Notes: generated by a model from the letters alone, not told the origin. Numbered from the stretch's first letter, positions 27,671 to 37,535 are shown. The stretch is DNA of 64,000 nucleotides from Planctomycetota bacterium (GCA_031409275.1 JANNXA010000049.1:1-64000), one strand, 5' to 3'. Numbers and translations are program-made.

Positions 27671-28864
27671 GTGCGCATCGCCGTCGACGCCTCCTCCTGC
27701 TTCAACCGGCGCGGCTTCGGGCGCTTCGCTCGCGAGTTGCTGGTCGCGTTGAGTCGGCGCCAGGACGGCTTCGACTGGCTGCTGCTGGTCGATCGCGAGC
27801 CGGCACCCGGCGATCTGCCCGACGCGCTGGCGAGGTTGCCGCGCTTGAACGCGCAGCCGGGGCGCACGGTGACCGACGCCGCGGTCGCTGGCGATGCGCG
27901 ACGGCCCGCCGAGATGCTCGCCTTCACGCGGGCGGCGCGCCGCAGCGGTGCCGACCTGCTGTTCCTGCCGGCGGTCTACAGCGCCTTCCCGTTGTGGCCA
28001 GGCACGCGTGCGGTGGTCTGCTTCCATGACGCGATTGCCGAGCGATTCCCGCGGATGGTCTTTCCCGACCGCAAGAGCGAGTGGTTCTGGCGCGCGAAGT
28101 CATGGCTGGCGGCGCGCCAATCAACTCGCGTGATGACGGTCAGCGAAGCTTCGGCGCGTGACGTCGGCGCCGCCTACCGCGTGGCGCGCGAACGCATCGA
28201 CGTGGTGACGGAAGGGGCCGATCCCCGCTTTGAGCCAGTCGTCGATCGCGCCGCCCTCGCCGCCGCGCTTGCGCGGCTGAAGGTGCCGACGTCGCGGCCC
28301 TATTTCCTCTTCGTCGGCGGCATCAGCCCGCACAAGAACCTCGCCACCTTGCTGACCGCGTTCGCGCGATTGCTCGAGCACGACGATGCGACGCTGGTGC
28401 TGGTGGGCGATCCGCAAGCCGACGGTTTCCTCGCGGTCGCCGCGCCGCTGCGACAGCAGATCGCCGCCGATCCGCGCCTCGCCGCGCGCGTCTGCTGGAC
28501 CGGGTTCGTCCGCGACGAAGAGCTCGTGCCGCTCTACCAGGGGGCACACGCGCTGGTGTTGCCGTCGCTGCTCGAGGGCTTCGGCCTGCCGGCGCTCGAG
28601 GCGATGAGCTGCGCGACGCCGATCCTCGCGAGTCGCGCCGGCTCGCTGCCCGAGGTGGTGGGCGAGGGCGGGCTCTATTTCGAGCCGCTCGATGGCGCGG
28701 CGCTCACGACCGCGTTGCGCACGCTGCTTCGTGATCCGGCGCAGCGCGACACGCTGGCGGTGCGAGCGCTCGACCGTTCGAAGCGCTTCTCATGGGAGCG
28801 CGGCGCCGAGCTGGCGGCCGCCTGTTTCCAGCGTGCGCTCGCCACCGCGACGGCGGGGGGCTGA
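27671..28864 (+). CDS. GT4 glycosyltransferase
   Basis: FVGGISPHKN, PSLLEGFGLPALEAMSC, SLPEVVG. Confidence 0.92.
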   Translation: MRIAVDASSCFNRRGFGRFARELLVALSRRQDGFDWLLLVDREPAPGDLPDALARLPRLNAQPGRTVTDAAVAGDARRPAEMLAFTRAARRSGADLLFLPAVYSAFPLWPGTRAVVCFHDAIAERFPRMVFPDRKSEWFWRAKSWLAARQSTRVMTVSEASARDVGAAYRVARERIDVVTEGADPRFEPVVDRAALAAALARLKVPTSRPYFLFVGGISPHKNLATLLTAFARLLEHDDATLVLVGDPQADGFLAVAAPLRQQIAADPRLAARVCWTGFVRDEELVPLYQGAHALVLPSLLEGFGLPALEAMSCATPILASRAGSLPEVVGEGGLYFEPLDGAALTTALRTLLRDPAQRDTLAVRALDRSKRFSWERGAELAAACFQRALATATAGG

Positions 28865-28865
28865 G

Positions 28866-29609
28866 ATGGACGCGCTGCTCTCCTTCCATGGGATCGACGA
28901 CTCGGGTTCGGTGCTCTCCTACGCGCCGGCGGAGTTCGAGCGCCTGCTCGATGGACTGCTCGAGGAGGGCGTGAGCGTCGTCGCGCTCGACGAACTGCTC
29001 GCGACCAACGGGAGCGCCGCGCCGCGCGTCGCGCTCACCTTCGACGACGGTTTCCGTTCCGTGCACGCGCAGGCGCTGCCGCGGTTGGCCGCGCGCAAGC
29101 TCCCGTTCACGGTCTACGCGGTCGCGGGCTACCTCGGCCGCGACAACCGCTGGCCGTCGCAACCCGCTTCGATCGCGCGCTTCGAGCTGATGGACGCCGT
29201 GCAACTGCGGGAGCTTGCCGCCGCGGGCGCCACCATCGGTGGCCACACCTCCACGCATCCCGATTGCCGTGGCCTCGACGCGGCGTCGCTGCAACGGGAA
29301 GTGGTCGACTCGCGCTCGCAACTCGAAGCGCAACTCGGCGCGCCGGTGCGCCACTTCGCCTGGCCCTACGGCCGCTTCGACGCCGCGGCGGATGCGGCGA
29401 TGCGGCCCCATTGGCAAAGCGCCGTCACCACGCGCCTCGCCTATCTGCCGGGGCCGACGGTACGCGACGTCCACGCGCTGCCGCGGCTCGACACCTGGTA
29501 CCTGCGCGAGCCGCAGCGCCACCGTCCGCTCTTCGGGCCGCGCACGCGCGCCTGGATCGCCTGGCGGGCGCTGTTGCGCTCGCTCAAGGGCGCGGCGTAC
29601 GGATCGTGA
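28866..29609 (+). CDS. polysaccharide deacetylase (CE4)
   Basis: LTFDDG, GHTSTH, FAWPYG. Confidence 0.9.
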   Translation: MDALLSFHGIDDSGSVLSYAPAEFERLLDGLLEEGVSVVALDELLATNGSAAPRVALTFDDGFRSVHAQALPRLAARKLPFTVYAVAGYLGRDNRWPSQPASIARFELMDAVQLRELAAAGATIGGHTSTHPDCRGLDAASLQREVVDSRSQLEAQLGAPVRHFAWPYGRFDAAADAAMRPHWQSAVTTRLAYLPGPTVRDVHALPRLDTWYLREPQRHRPLFGPRTRAWIAWRALLRSLKGAAYGS

Positions 29610-29611
29610 CC

Positions 29612-30643
29612 ATGACCACGATCAGCGTCGTCATGCCGATGTGGAACGCCGCGAGCTACCTCGACCTGGTGCTGCCGCCGCTGCAGCGCGCCCTGGCCGA
29701 TTCGCGCGTCCTCGAAGTGCTGGTGGTCGATGACGGGTGCACCGACGATGGGCCGCAGCGCGCTCGCGCCGCCGGTTTCACGGTGATTCCGTCGGGCGGC
29801 CGCCTCGGTCCCGGCGCCTGCCGCAACCTCGCCGCGTGCCGCGCGCGCGGCGACCTCCTGCTCTTCATCGACGCCGACGTCGTGATGCATGACGACGTGC
29901 CGGAACTGGTGGTCGCCCATTTCGAGCGTCGTGCCGAAGTTGTCGCGCTCTTTGGCGCCTACGACGATCGTCCGCATGCGCGCGGCATCGTCTCGCGCTA
30001 CCGCAACCTGCTGCATCACTTCACCCACTTCGCCCACGAAGGCGAAGCGTCGACCTTCTGGGCGGGCTGCGGTGCGGTGCGCCGCACCGCGTTCCTCGCC
30101 GCCGGTGGCTTCGACTCCGACTACTACAAGGTCCCCTCGATCGAGGACATCGAGCTCGGCTACCGATTGCGCCGTGCCGGCGGCGTCATCCTGCTGACGC
30201 CGGAAATCCAGGGCACGCACCTCAAGCGCTGGACGTTTCGGGGAATGCTCCAGACCGATGTCTTCCGGCGAGCGCTGCCGTGGGGGCGTCTGCTGCAGCA
30301 TCCCGAGCTTGCCGGGGCCGTGCTGAACGTCAGCAACGCCGAACGGCTGAAGGCGCTGATCGGCGGCGCCTTCTTTGCGGCCGCCATCGCCGGCCTGATC
30401 CACACGCCGTTCCTGGGCGCCGCCATGGCGCTGTTGCTGGTGGCGGCGCTGACGAGCTGGCCCTTCTATTGGGTGGTCGCCCAATCGGCGGGGCTGCTGA
30501 CGGCGTTGGCCGCCCTGTTCCTCCACCAGCTCTATTTCGTCTACGGCGCCGCGACGTTCGTGTGGTGCGTGGTCGAGCACAAGATCCGCCTGTCGCCGCC
30601 GCCCCCGCTCGGGACGCGCCCGCCCTTGCAGTCGGGAGGATAA
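29612..30643 (+). CDS. GT2 glycosyltransferase with C-terminal TMs
   Basis: SVVMPMWN, VVDDGCTD, FIDADV, IEDIELGYRL. Confidence 0.9.
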   Translation: MTTISVVMPMWNAASYLDLVLPPLQRALADSRVLEVLVVDDGCTDDGPQRARAAGFTVIPSGGRLGPGACRNLAACRARGDLLLFIDADVVMHDDVPELVVAHFERRAEVVALFGAYDDRPHARGIVSRYRNLLHHFTHFAHEGEASTFWAGCGAVRRTAFLAAGGFDSDYYKVPSIEDIELGYRLRRAGGVILLTPEIQGTHLKRWTFRGMLQTDVFRRALPWGRLLQHPELAGAVLNVSNAERLKALIGGAFFAAAIAGLIHTPFLGAAMALLLVAALTSWPFYWVVAQSAGLLTALAALFLHQLYFVYGAATFVWCVVEHKIRLSPPPPLGTRPPLQSGG

Positions 30644-30701
30644 AACTCGTCGCCCCTCTCGCGGGGCGATGCGGCTTTGCGGGCCTCCCGAAGGATCGTC
30701 C

Positions 30702-31847
30702 TTGGACCTCGACTTCAGCGACGAGCAGCGCACCTGGCACGACGCCGCGGTCGACTTCGCGCGCCGTCACCTCGCCGGCGATGCGGTCGCCGCGGATCGC
30801 GAGGAGCGCTTCGACCATGAGGGGTGGCGCCGCGCCGCGGAGTTCGGCGTGCTGGCGATGCCGGTCGCCAAGGAGCTCGGCGGCCTCGGCCTCAAGATCG
30901 GCGAGGTGATCGCCGTGATGGAGGGGCTCGGCTACGCGGCGAAGGACCAGGGGCTGCTCTTCTCGCTGAACGCGCATCTCTGGACCAACACGCTCCCGCT
31001 GGTCGAGTGGGGCACGCCTGAGCAGCGTCAGCGCTGGCTGCCGGGACTGCTGGATGGTTCGTGCATCGGCGCGAACGGCGCGAGCGAGCCCGACTCCGGC
31101 TCCGACGTCTTCGCGATGCGCACGCGCGCGACGCGCCGCGGCGACCACTACGTGCTGAACGGCACCAAGATGTTCGTCACCAACGCGCCGGTCGCCGACC
31201 TGCTCGTCACCTACGCGACGATCGACCCCGCGCTCGGTTCGATGGGAGTGACCGCCTTCCTCGTCGATGGCCATGCCCGAGGCGTCACCGTCAGCCGCAA
31301 GCTCGCCAAGATGGGGCTGCGCACCTCGCCGATGGCGGAGGTCGTGTTCGAAGAGGTCGTGGTGCCGGTCGCCGATCGGCTCGGCCGCGAAGGGCGCGGC
31401 GTCGCCGTGTTCGAATCGTCGATGGAGTGGGAGCGCGGCTGCATCCTCGCCAGTTGCCTCGGCGTCATGCGCCGCCAGCTCGAGCGCTGCCTCGCCCACG
31501 CGCGCGAGCGCCAGCAGTTCGGCCAGTCGATCGGCAAGTTCCAGTCGGTGGCGAACAAGCTCGTCGACATGCGGCTGCGGCTCGATACCTGCCGACCGCT
31601 CGTCTACCGGATCGGGCGGATGAAGGAGGCGGGACGCGATGCGACCGTCGAGGCGGCGCTCGCCAAGCTGCACGTCTCCGAGTGCCTCGTGAAGAACAGC
31701 CTCGACGCGGTGCAGCTGTTCGGCGGCTACGGCTACATGACCGAGTACGAGCTCGAACGCGATCTGCGCGACGCGGTCGGCAGCACGCTCTACTCCGGAA
31801 CCAGCGAGATCCAGCGCAACCTGATCGCGCGCGGGCTCGGCTTGTGA
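30702..31847 (+). CDS. acyl-CoA dehydrogenase family, prolyl-carrier-protein dehydrogenase type (AnaB/PltE/RedW-like)
   Basis: ASEPDSGSD, SMEWERGCI, QFGQSIGKFQ, YSGTSEIQ (Ser in place of the MCAD YEG Glu); TTG start after AAGGA. Confidence 0.85.
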   Translation: MDLDFSDEQRTWHDAAVDFARRHLAGDAVAADREERFDHEGWRRAAEFGVLAMPVAKELGGLGLKIGEVIAVMEGLGYAAKDQGLLFSLNAHLWTNTLPLVEWGTPEQRQRWLPGLLDGSCIGANGASEPDSGSDVFAMRTRATRRGDHYVLNGTKMFVTNAPVADLLVTYATIDPALGSMGVTAFLVDGHARGVTVSRKLAKMGLRTSPMAEVVFEEVVVPVADRLGREGRGVAVFESSMEWERGCILASCLGVMRRQLERCLAHARERQQFGQSIGKFQSVANKLVDMRLRLDTCRPLVYRIGRMKEAGRDATVEAALAKLHVSECLVKNSLDAVQLFGGYGYMTEYELERDLRDAVGSTLYSGTSEIQRNLIARGLGL

Positions 31848-33172
31848 CGAGCGGAGCCGTGGTCGGCGCAGTCGATGCGAGCGTGACGGTCGCCGACGCG
31901 GCCCGCGCGCAGCGTTGTCGGCTGGAGCCGCGGCGTTACGTCGTGCTGCTGCTCGAGTTGGCGCTGCTACTGGCGGCGTTTCGCAGCTTCAAGCTACACG
32001 AGCTGATCGGCGAGACCTTCTTCGCCGTCAGCGCGATCGCCGCGGTCGCCTTCGCGCTGCACTACTGGCTGCCGTTGCGACTGAAGGAACCCGCCTTCAT
32101 CGCCATCTCGATCGGCGCGCTGCCTTTCCTGGTCGGGCCGACGGTGGCGCTGCTGCTGCTCGCCGTGGCGCTGGCGATCTTCGCGATCGGACGCGCCGAA
32201 GGCTCGAACGCGATGCGGGCGGGCGGGCTGCTCCTGATCGGCGCGGCGTGTGTCGCCGGCCGGGTCGGCGCGCTGCCGTGGCTGCCGGAGGAGTTGTGGC
32301 CGCTGCTCGGCTCGGTGTTCCTGTTCCGGTTGCCGATCTGGGCGTACGACCGCGCCCACCTGCGCGGGCGCCCGTCGCTGCGCGAGTACCTCACCTACTT
32401 CTTCATGCTCCCCAATTGGGGATGCCTGCTGTTCCCGGTCGTCGATTTCCAGACGCAGCGCAAGAGCTTCCTCGCGCGCGATCAGAACGAAGTGGCGCAG
32501 ACCGGCATCGCCTGGATGGCGCGCGGGCTGTTGCAGCTGGTGATCTACACCTGGCTCTACAACGCGCGGGAGTGGTTCCCGGATCCGCTCCTGATCGACG
32601 ATCCGCTGGCGCTGCTGCTGTGCCTGGCGCGCGTCTATCTGCTCTACCTGCGCCTTTCGGGGACGTTCCACTTCGTGATCGGGCTGATGCACCTGTTCGG
32701 CTACGACCTGCCCGAAACCCACCGTCGCTGGCTGCTCTCCTCGTCGCTCACCGACTTCTGGCGGAGGATCAACCTCTACTGGAAGGACTTCATGGTGAAG
32801 CTGGTGTGGTTCCCGGCCTACTTCCGCTGGCGCAAACAGGGGGAGCGGCGCGCGCAGCTCGCCGCGACGGCGCTGGTCTTCGTGGCGACCTGGTTCCTGC
32901 ACGCCGCGCAGACCTTCTTGGCGACCGGGACCTTCCTGTGGCGCGCCACCGATGCCGTCTTCTGGGCGATCCTCGGCGTGCTGGTGCTGGTGAACCTCGC
33001 CTTTGAGCTGCGGCCCGGGGCGGCCGCAAGAGCGGCGGCGCGCCCCGCGTGGTCGCGGGCGTTGCGAGTGGCGGCGACGCTGCTGCTCCTGATGGTGCTC
33101 TGGTCGATGTGGAACGCGCCGACCTTCGCCGAGTGGTTCGACCTGCTGACCTGGTGGAAGGTGGGTGGGTGA
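31844..33172 (+). CDS. MBOAT-family O-acyltransferase (DltB/AlgI-like)
   Basis: Multi-TM; LFGYDLPET, SLTDFWRRIN, conserved His in TWFLH; GTGA overlap with dehydrogenase. Confidence 0.85.
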   Translation: MTSGAVVGAVDASVTVADAARAQRCRLEPRRYVVLLLELALLLAAFRSFKLHELIGETFFAVSAIAAVAFALHYWLPLRLKEPAFIAISIGALPFLVGPTVALLLLAVALAIFAIGRAEGSNAMRAGGLLLIGAACVAGRVGALPWLPEELWPLLGSVFLFRLPIWAYDRAHLRGRPSLREYLTYFFMLPNWGCLLFPVVDFQTQRKSFLARDQNEVAQTGIAWMARGLLQLVIYTWLYNAREWFPDPLLIDDPLALLLCLARVYLLYLRLSGTFHFVIGLMHLFGYDLPETHRRWLLSSSLTDFWRRINLYWKDFMVKLVWFPAYFRWRKQGERRAQLAATALVFVATWFLHAAQTFLATGTFLWRATDAVFWAILGVLVLVNLAFELRPGAAARAAARPAWSRALRVAATLLLLMVLWSMWNAPTFAEWFDLLTWWKVGG

Positions 33173-33239
33173 ACCGTCGTCGCGACGCGTCGGCATCGCT
33201 CATTGCCGAGCGCCTTCGCAGGGAGCAGAATCGGCCGCC

Positions 33240-33491
33240 ATGGACGAGATCGCCAACGAACTTCGCCGCTTCCTTCTCGCCGAGTTCCTGCCCGGGGAGA
33301 GCGCGGCCAACCTGCGCGACGACACGCCGCTGCGGACGGGCGGCATCCTCGATTCGGTTTCGACCCTCAAGTTCGTGGCCTTCGTCGAGCAGCGCTTCGG
33401 CATCGAGATCGAAGCGCACGAGACTGGCGTCCGCGACTTCGACTGCATTGCCGACGTCGCCGCATTGGTACAGCGCAAGCGGGGGCGCTGA
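33240..33491 (+). CDS. acyl/peptidyl carrier protein
   Basis: 83 aa acidic, GGILDSV phosphopantetheine Ser, FVEQRFGIEI; GGGAG SD. Confidence 0.9.
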   Translation: MDEIANELRRFLLAEFLPGESAANLRDDTPLRTGGILDSVSTLKFVAFVEQRFGIEIEAHETGVRDFDCIADVAALVQRKRGR

Positions 33492-33495
33492 GGCG

Positions 33496-35121
33496 ATGGT
33501 GGCGAGCGGAGCCACCGCGCAGAGTCTCTGCGACCTGCTCGAAGCGTCGACGCGCCGCCACGGCGATCGGACCGCGCTGGTGTCGCCCGACGGCAGCGCG
33601 ACGAGCTACGCGCAACTCGAGCAGCACGCGAGCGCGATCGCGGCGTTCCTGCGCGAGAGCGGCGTGGAGCCGGGCGATCGCATCGGCTTGTGCCTGCCGA
33701 AAGGGGCGGCGAGCGTCGCGGTGCTCTGGGGCGCGATGAAGGCGCGTGCCGCCTACGTGCCCGTCGACTGGCAGGGACCGGCGGCCCGCAACGCGGCGAT
33801 CCAAAGGGACGCGGGGGTCCGTGTGCTCTTCCTCGGCGAAGCGCGCGCCGACGTGCTTCGCGAGTGGCCGCAAGCGACGGCGCTGCCGACGCTCGTGCGC
33901 GTGCCGATGGGACGGACGGGCGCCGCGGGTGCGTTCGCCGCGGTCGTCGCGCCGTTTCCGGCTGCCGCGATCGAGTGGAGCGCGGTGTTGCGCCACCCGC
34001 CGCTCGCGCCCGATGGAGCCGGCCCGCGCGGTCGCGAGCAGCTGGCCTACATCCTCTACACGTCCGGTTCGACCGGGGTGCCCAAGGGCGTCGCGCTCAC
34101 GCACGGCAACGCGCTCGCGTTCGTCGACTGGGCCAGCGAAGTGTTCGCGCCGACGCCGGACGACCGCTTCTCGAGCCACGCGCCGTTTCATTTCGACCTC
34201 TCCGTCTTCGACCTCTTCGTGGCGCTGAAGCACGGCGCGACGTTGGTGCTGATCGGCGAGGAGCTCGGCAAGGAACCGAAGGGGTTGGCGCGCTGCATCG
34301 CCGAGCAGAAGCTGACCTTCTGGTACTCGACCCCTTCGGCGTTGGCGCTGCTCGCGGAGTTCGGGCAGCTCGCGGCGCATGACCTTTCCGCGTTGCGCCA
34401 CGTCCTCTTCGCCGGCGAGGTCTTTCCGCTGCCGGCGCTGCGCCGCTTGACCGAGCAGTTGCCGCGGCCGGCGTTCTGGAACCTCTACGGGCCCACCGAG
34501 ACCAACGTCTGCACCTTCGCGCGCATCCCGCTGCCGATCGCGCCCGACCGTACGCGTCCGTTTCCGATCGGCCCACTTTGCGCGCATTGCGACGGGCTCG
34601 TCCTCGACGAGGCGCGGCGCGAAGTGGCGGTGGGTGGCGAGGGCCGGCTCCACATCGCCGGGCCGGCGCTCTTCGCGGGCTATTTCGGCCGTCCCGACCT
34701 CGATACGACGGTCTTCTTCGAGCGAGGAGGGCGGCGCTGGTACGACACCGGCGACGTCGTCCGCGAGGTCGCGGGCGAGGGGTTCCATTACCTCGGCCGG
34801 CGCGACCGCATGGTCAAGCGCCGCGGCTACCGCATCGAGCTCGGCGAGGTCGAGGCGGCGTTGCAGCGCCATCCCGAGCTGCGCGAGGCGGCGGTGGTGG
34901 CGCTGCCCGACGCGGCGTGCGGCGTGCGAATCGACGCCCATGTCGTGGCGGTCGCTGCGCCGCTGTCGTTGATCGCGCTGAAGCGTTTCTGTGCCGAGCA
35001 GCTGCCGGCGGCGATGAGCCCCGACCGTTTCGTCTTCCACCCGCAGCTCCCGCGCACTTCGACGGCGAAGGTCGACTACCCGGCACTCCTGCGCGTGTCT
35101 TCCGGCGGAGGCGCACCATGA
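33496..35121 (+). CDS. stand-alone adenylation domain, predicted L-proline:carrier protein ligase
   Basis: YTSGSTGVPKG, FDLSVF, NLYGPTETNVC, YDTGD, GYRIELGE, A10 Lys; manually read specificity code DLFYLALVCK. Confidence 0.88.
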   Translation: MVASGATAQSLCDLLEASTRRHGDRTALVSPDGSATSYAQLEQHASAIAAFLRESGVEPGDRIGLCLPKGAASVAVLWGAMKARAAYVPVDWQGPAARNAAIQRDAGVRVLFLGEARADVLREWPQATALPTLVRVPMGRTGAAGAFAAVVAPFPAAAIEWSAVLRHPPLAPDGAGPRGREQLAYILYTSGSTGVPKGVALTHGNALAFVDWASEVFAPTPDDRFSSHAPFHFDLSVFDLFVALKHGATLVLIGEELGKEPKGLARCIAEQKLTFWYSTPSALALLAEFGQLAAHDLSALRHVLFAGEVFPLPALRRLTEQLPRPAFWNLYGPTETNVCTFARIPLPIAPDRTRPFPIGPLCAHCDGLVLDEARREVAVGGEGRLHIAGPALFAGYFGRPDLDTTVFFERGGRRWYDTGDVVREVAGEGFHYLGRRDRMVKRRGYRIELGEVEAALQRHPELREAAVVALPDAACGVRIDAHVVAVAAPLSLIALKRFCAEQLPAAMSPDRFVFHPQLPRTSTAKVDYPALLRVSSGGGAP

Positions 35122-36260
35122 CGCCGTTCGCCCGCTCGGCCGCGGCGACGGTGGCGCTGCTGGTCGCGCTGCTCGCTCTCGAGCGCGCGCATCCCTCGGT
35201 CGCTCCGAGCTGGGTGCCGCGTTGGCTGCGGGCGCAGGTGCGCGAGTGCGTCTACCACGGCCTGAACGAAGAGGACGAGCTCGGCTTGCTGGCCGGCTAC
35301 TACACCGAACTGCTCGACGCGAGCCGCGAATCGACGCGAAGCGGCGACCTCGACGACGTCTGGGAGAGGGCGCTCCATCGTGGCGCGATCCACGAGCGGC
35401 TGGACTCCTTCCTGCTCTATCGACCCAAGCCGTCGACCGGCGATCCGGGCGACCCGTCGGCCGCGCATCTCACCAATCGCGCCGGACTGTTCGATCGCGA
35501 CTACCCCGACGCGCGCACCCCGGGAGTGCGGCGCCTGGTGTGGGTCGGCGATTCGCTCTCGCGAGGGCTCGGCGCGCCGTTCGGGAAGGGGCTCGAGCCA
35601 CGACTCGAAGCGTGGCTGAACGAGCCGCGCGGTGACGGGACGGGTGTCGAGGTGCTGAACCTCGCCGTCGAGGGCTATCGCCTCACGCAGTTCATCAAGG
35701 TCGTGGACGAGGCGCTGCCGCGCTGGCATCCCGACGTCGTGGTCGTCGGCCTCTCCGACCTCTCGGTGGCGCGGATCTGGGGACACCACCTCGCCTGCCT
35801 CGTCCATGACGGCATCGACCTCGAGTACCCCTACCTGCGCGAGCTTGTCGTCCGCGCGCGGCTAGAGCGCAACGACCCGCCGCGCGTTTCCGACGCGAAG
35901 CTGGCGCCCTTCCGCGTCGAGTTCATCCGTTTCGCGTTGACCACGATCCGCGCGAGCTGCGCGTCGGCGGGCGCGCAAGTGGTGATCGCGCTGCTCCCCG
36001 CCGTCGGCGAGAGCGATCGACTCGAAGCGCGATTCCTCGAGGCGCGCGCGATCGCGCTCGAGCTCGAGCTGCCGGTGATCGACCTCGTCGAGACCTTTGC
36101 GGGGGTCAGCGACCTCGCCGATTGGCGCGTCAGCGACATCGATCACCATCCGAACGAAGCGGGCTACGGGCGCCTGCTCGCGGCATTCCAGTCAGCGCTC
36201 CGGGCCGCGCCGGCCACCTACGAACTCTTCGCCGGCCGTCCGCTGCCGGCGGGGGACTGA
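35118..36260 (+). CDS. membrane-anchored SGNH hydrolase/acyltransferase (DltD/AlgJ-like)
   Basis: N-terminal TM, block I VGDS, block V DHHPN; ATGA overlap. Confidence 0.82.
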   Translation: MTPFARSAAATVALLVALLALERAHPSVAPSWVPRWLRAQVRECVYHGLNEEDELGLLAGYYTELLDASRESTRSGDLDDVWERALHRGAIHERLDSFLLYRPKPSTGDPGDPSAAHLTNRAGLFDRDYPDARTPGVRRLVWVGDSLSRGLGAPFGKGLEPRLEAWLNEPRGDGTGVEVLNLAVEGYRLTQFIKVVDEALPRWHPDVVVVGLSDLSVARIWGHHLACLVHDGIDLEYPYLRELVVRARLERNDPPRVSDAKLAPFRVEFIRFALTTIRASCASAGAQVVIALLPAVGESDRLEARFLEARAIALELELPVIDLVETFAGVSDLADWRVSDIDHHPNEAGYGRLLAAFQSALRAAPATYELFAGRPLPAGD

Positions 36261-36266
36261 GCGCGC

Positions 36267-37535
36267 GTGGTCGCACGCCTGCCGTCGTGGCGCGGACTGA
36301 CGGTGCTGCTTGGCGGCGAGGGCACGCAGCGCGGCCTGTCGTTCGTCGCGATCTGGTTGCTGACGCAGCGCATGACGCGCGAGCAGTACGCGCCGGTCGA
36401 GGTCGCGCTCGCCGCCTTGATGTTCGCCGCGCTCGTGGTCGAACTCGGCCTCCCGCTGCTGGGCGCGCGCGAGGTCGCGCGACAGCCGACGCACGCGCTG
36501 TCGCTCGTGCGTCCGGTCGTCGGGTTGCAACTGGTGACGGCGTTGGTGCTCGCGGGGCTCGCGTTCGTCGCGCGCGCAGCAGGCTGGATCGATGGAGTGC
36601 TTGCGCAGCTGCTGCCGGTCTACGCGCTCAGCCTGCTCTTGCTGCCGTGGCTCGTGCCGTGGCTCTTCCAGGGCCTTGGCGCGATGGCGTGGGTCGCGGC
36701 GCCCGGGGTCCTGCGCCAGGGGCTCTTCCTCGCGGGCGTCGCCGTCTGGGTGACCGATGGCGAGCGAATCGCCCGACTGCCGTGGATCGAAGTGGCCGCG
36801 GTTGGCGGCGCGGCAGCGCTTGCGCAGTTGGCATGGCGGAAGCGGACGGCGGCGCTGCGAGCGGTCGGCGCGATCGGCGCGATCGGCGAACCGCGGGCGC
36901 TGCCGTCGCGGTCGGCGCTGTTGCGTGAAGCGGCCCCCATGGGACTCTCGCAGTTCCTGTGGGCGCTGCGGATGTTCCTGGCGACGCTGCTGTTGTGGAA
37001 CCTTGTGGAACGGCCGGCGGTCGCCGATTACGGGGTCGCCCATCGGGTGATGATGATCCTGCAGGCCGTGATCACGATGTACTTCACGAATCTCTATCCG
37101 ACGCTCTCGCGCGCAGCGGTCGGGCCGCGTCCGGAGCTGGCGCGGTTGCTGGTTCGATCGCTGTCGATCGCGACCGGCGGCGCGCTGCTGCTCGCGGGCG
37201 GGATCGCGGTGGCGGCGCCGTGGCTGCTGCACACCCTCTTCCGGGCGGAGTTCGCCAACGCGCAGAGCATCCGTTGCCTGCGCCTGCTGATCTTCGTCAT
37301 TCCATTGCTGGCGCTGCGCGGCCACTTCCGAATGACGCTGCTGTCGATGGGCCGCGGGCGGCTCGAGCTGATGGTGTCGATCGGCGGGACGTTGCTGCTG
37401 GCGGCGCTGATCCCGTCGCTTGCGCGTGCGCAGGGGGCGAGCGGCGCGGCGCTCTCGCTGCTGATCGCGGAAGCGGCGGGGACGGCGGCGACGGCGATCG
37501 CGTTCTCGATGGCATGGCGGGAGCGGCGGGCATGA
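36267..37535 (+). CDS. Wzx-like oligosaccharide flippase
   Basis: Multi-TM MOP-superfamily pattern (ELGL...GAREVA, WLFQG, YGVAHR, YPTLSR). Confidence 0.85.
   Translation: MVARLPSWRGLTVLLGGEGTQRGLSFVAIWLLTQRMTREQYAPVEVALAALMFAALVVELGLPLLGAREVARQPTHALSLVRPVVGLQLVTALVLAGLAFVARAAGWIDGVLAQLLPVYALSLLLLPWLVPWLFQGLGAMAWVAAPGVLRQGLFLAGVAVWVTDGERIARLPWIEVAAVGGAAALAQLAWRKRTAALRAVGAIGAIGEPRALPSRSALLREAAPMGLSQFLWALRMFLATLLLWNLVERPAVADYGVAHRVMMILQAVITMYFTNLYPTLSRAAVGPRPELARLLVRSLSIATGGALLLAGGIAVAAPWLLHTLFRAEFANAQSIRCLRLLIFVIPLLALRGHFRMTLLSMGRGRLELMVSIGGTLLLAALIPSLARAQGASGAALSLLIAEAAGTAATAIAFSMAWRERRA

Noticed and set aside
30702..35121. Anatoxin/prodigiosin/pyoluteorin biosynthetic cluster
   Set aside because: No PKS, NRPS condensation domain or halogenase genes in the window; neighbours are glycan genes
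30702..36260. Canonical dlt (D-alanylation) operon
   Set aside because: A domain has VLFAGE rather than the DltA Cys-containing FCGE, and a Pro-type code; a prolyl-carrier dehydrogenase is present
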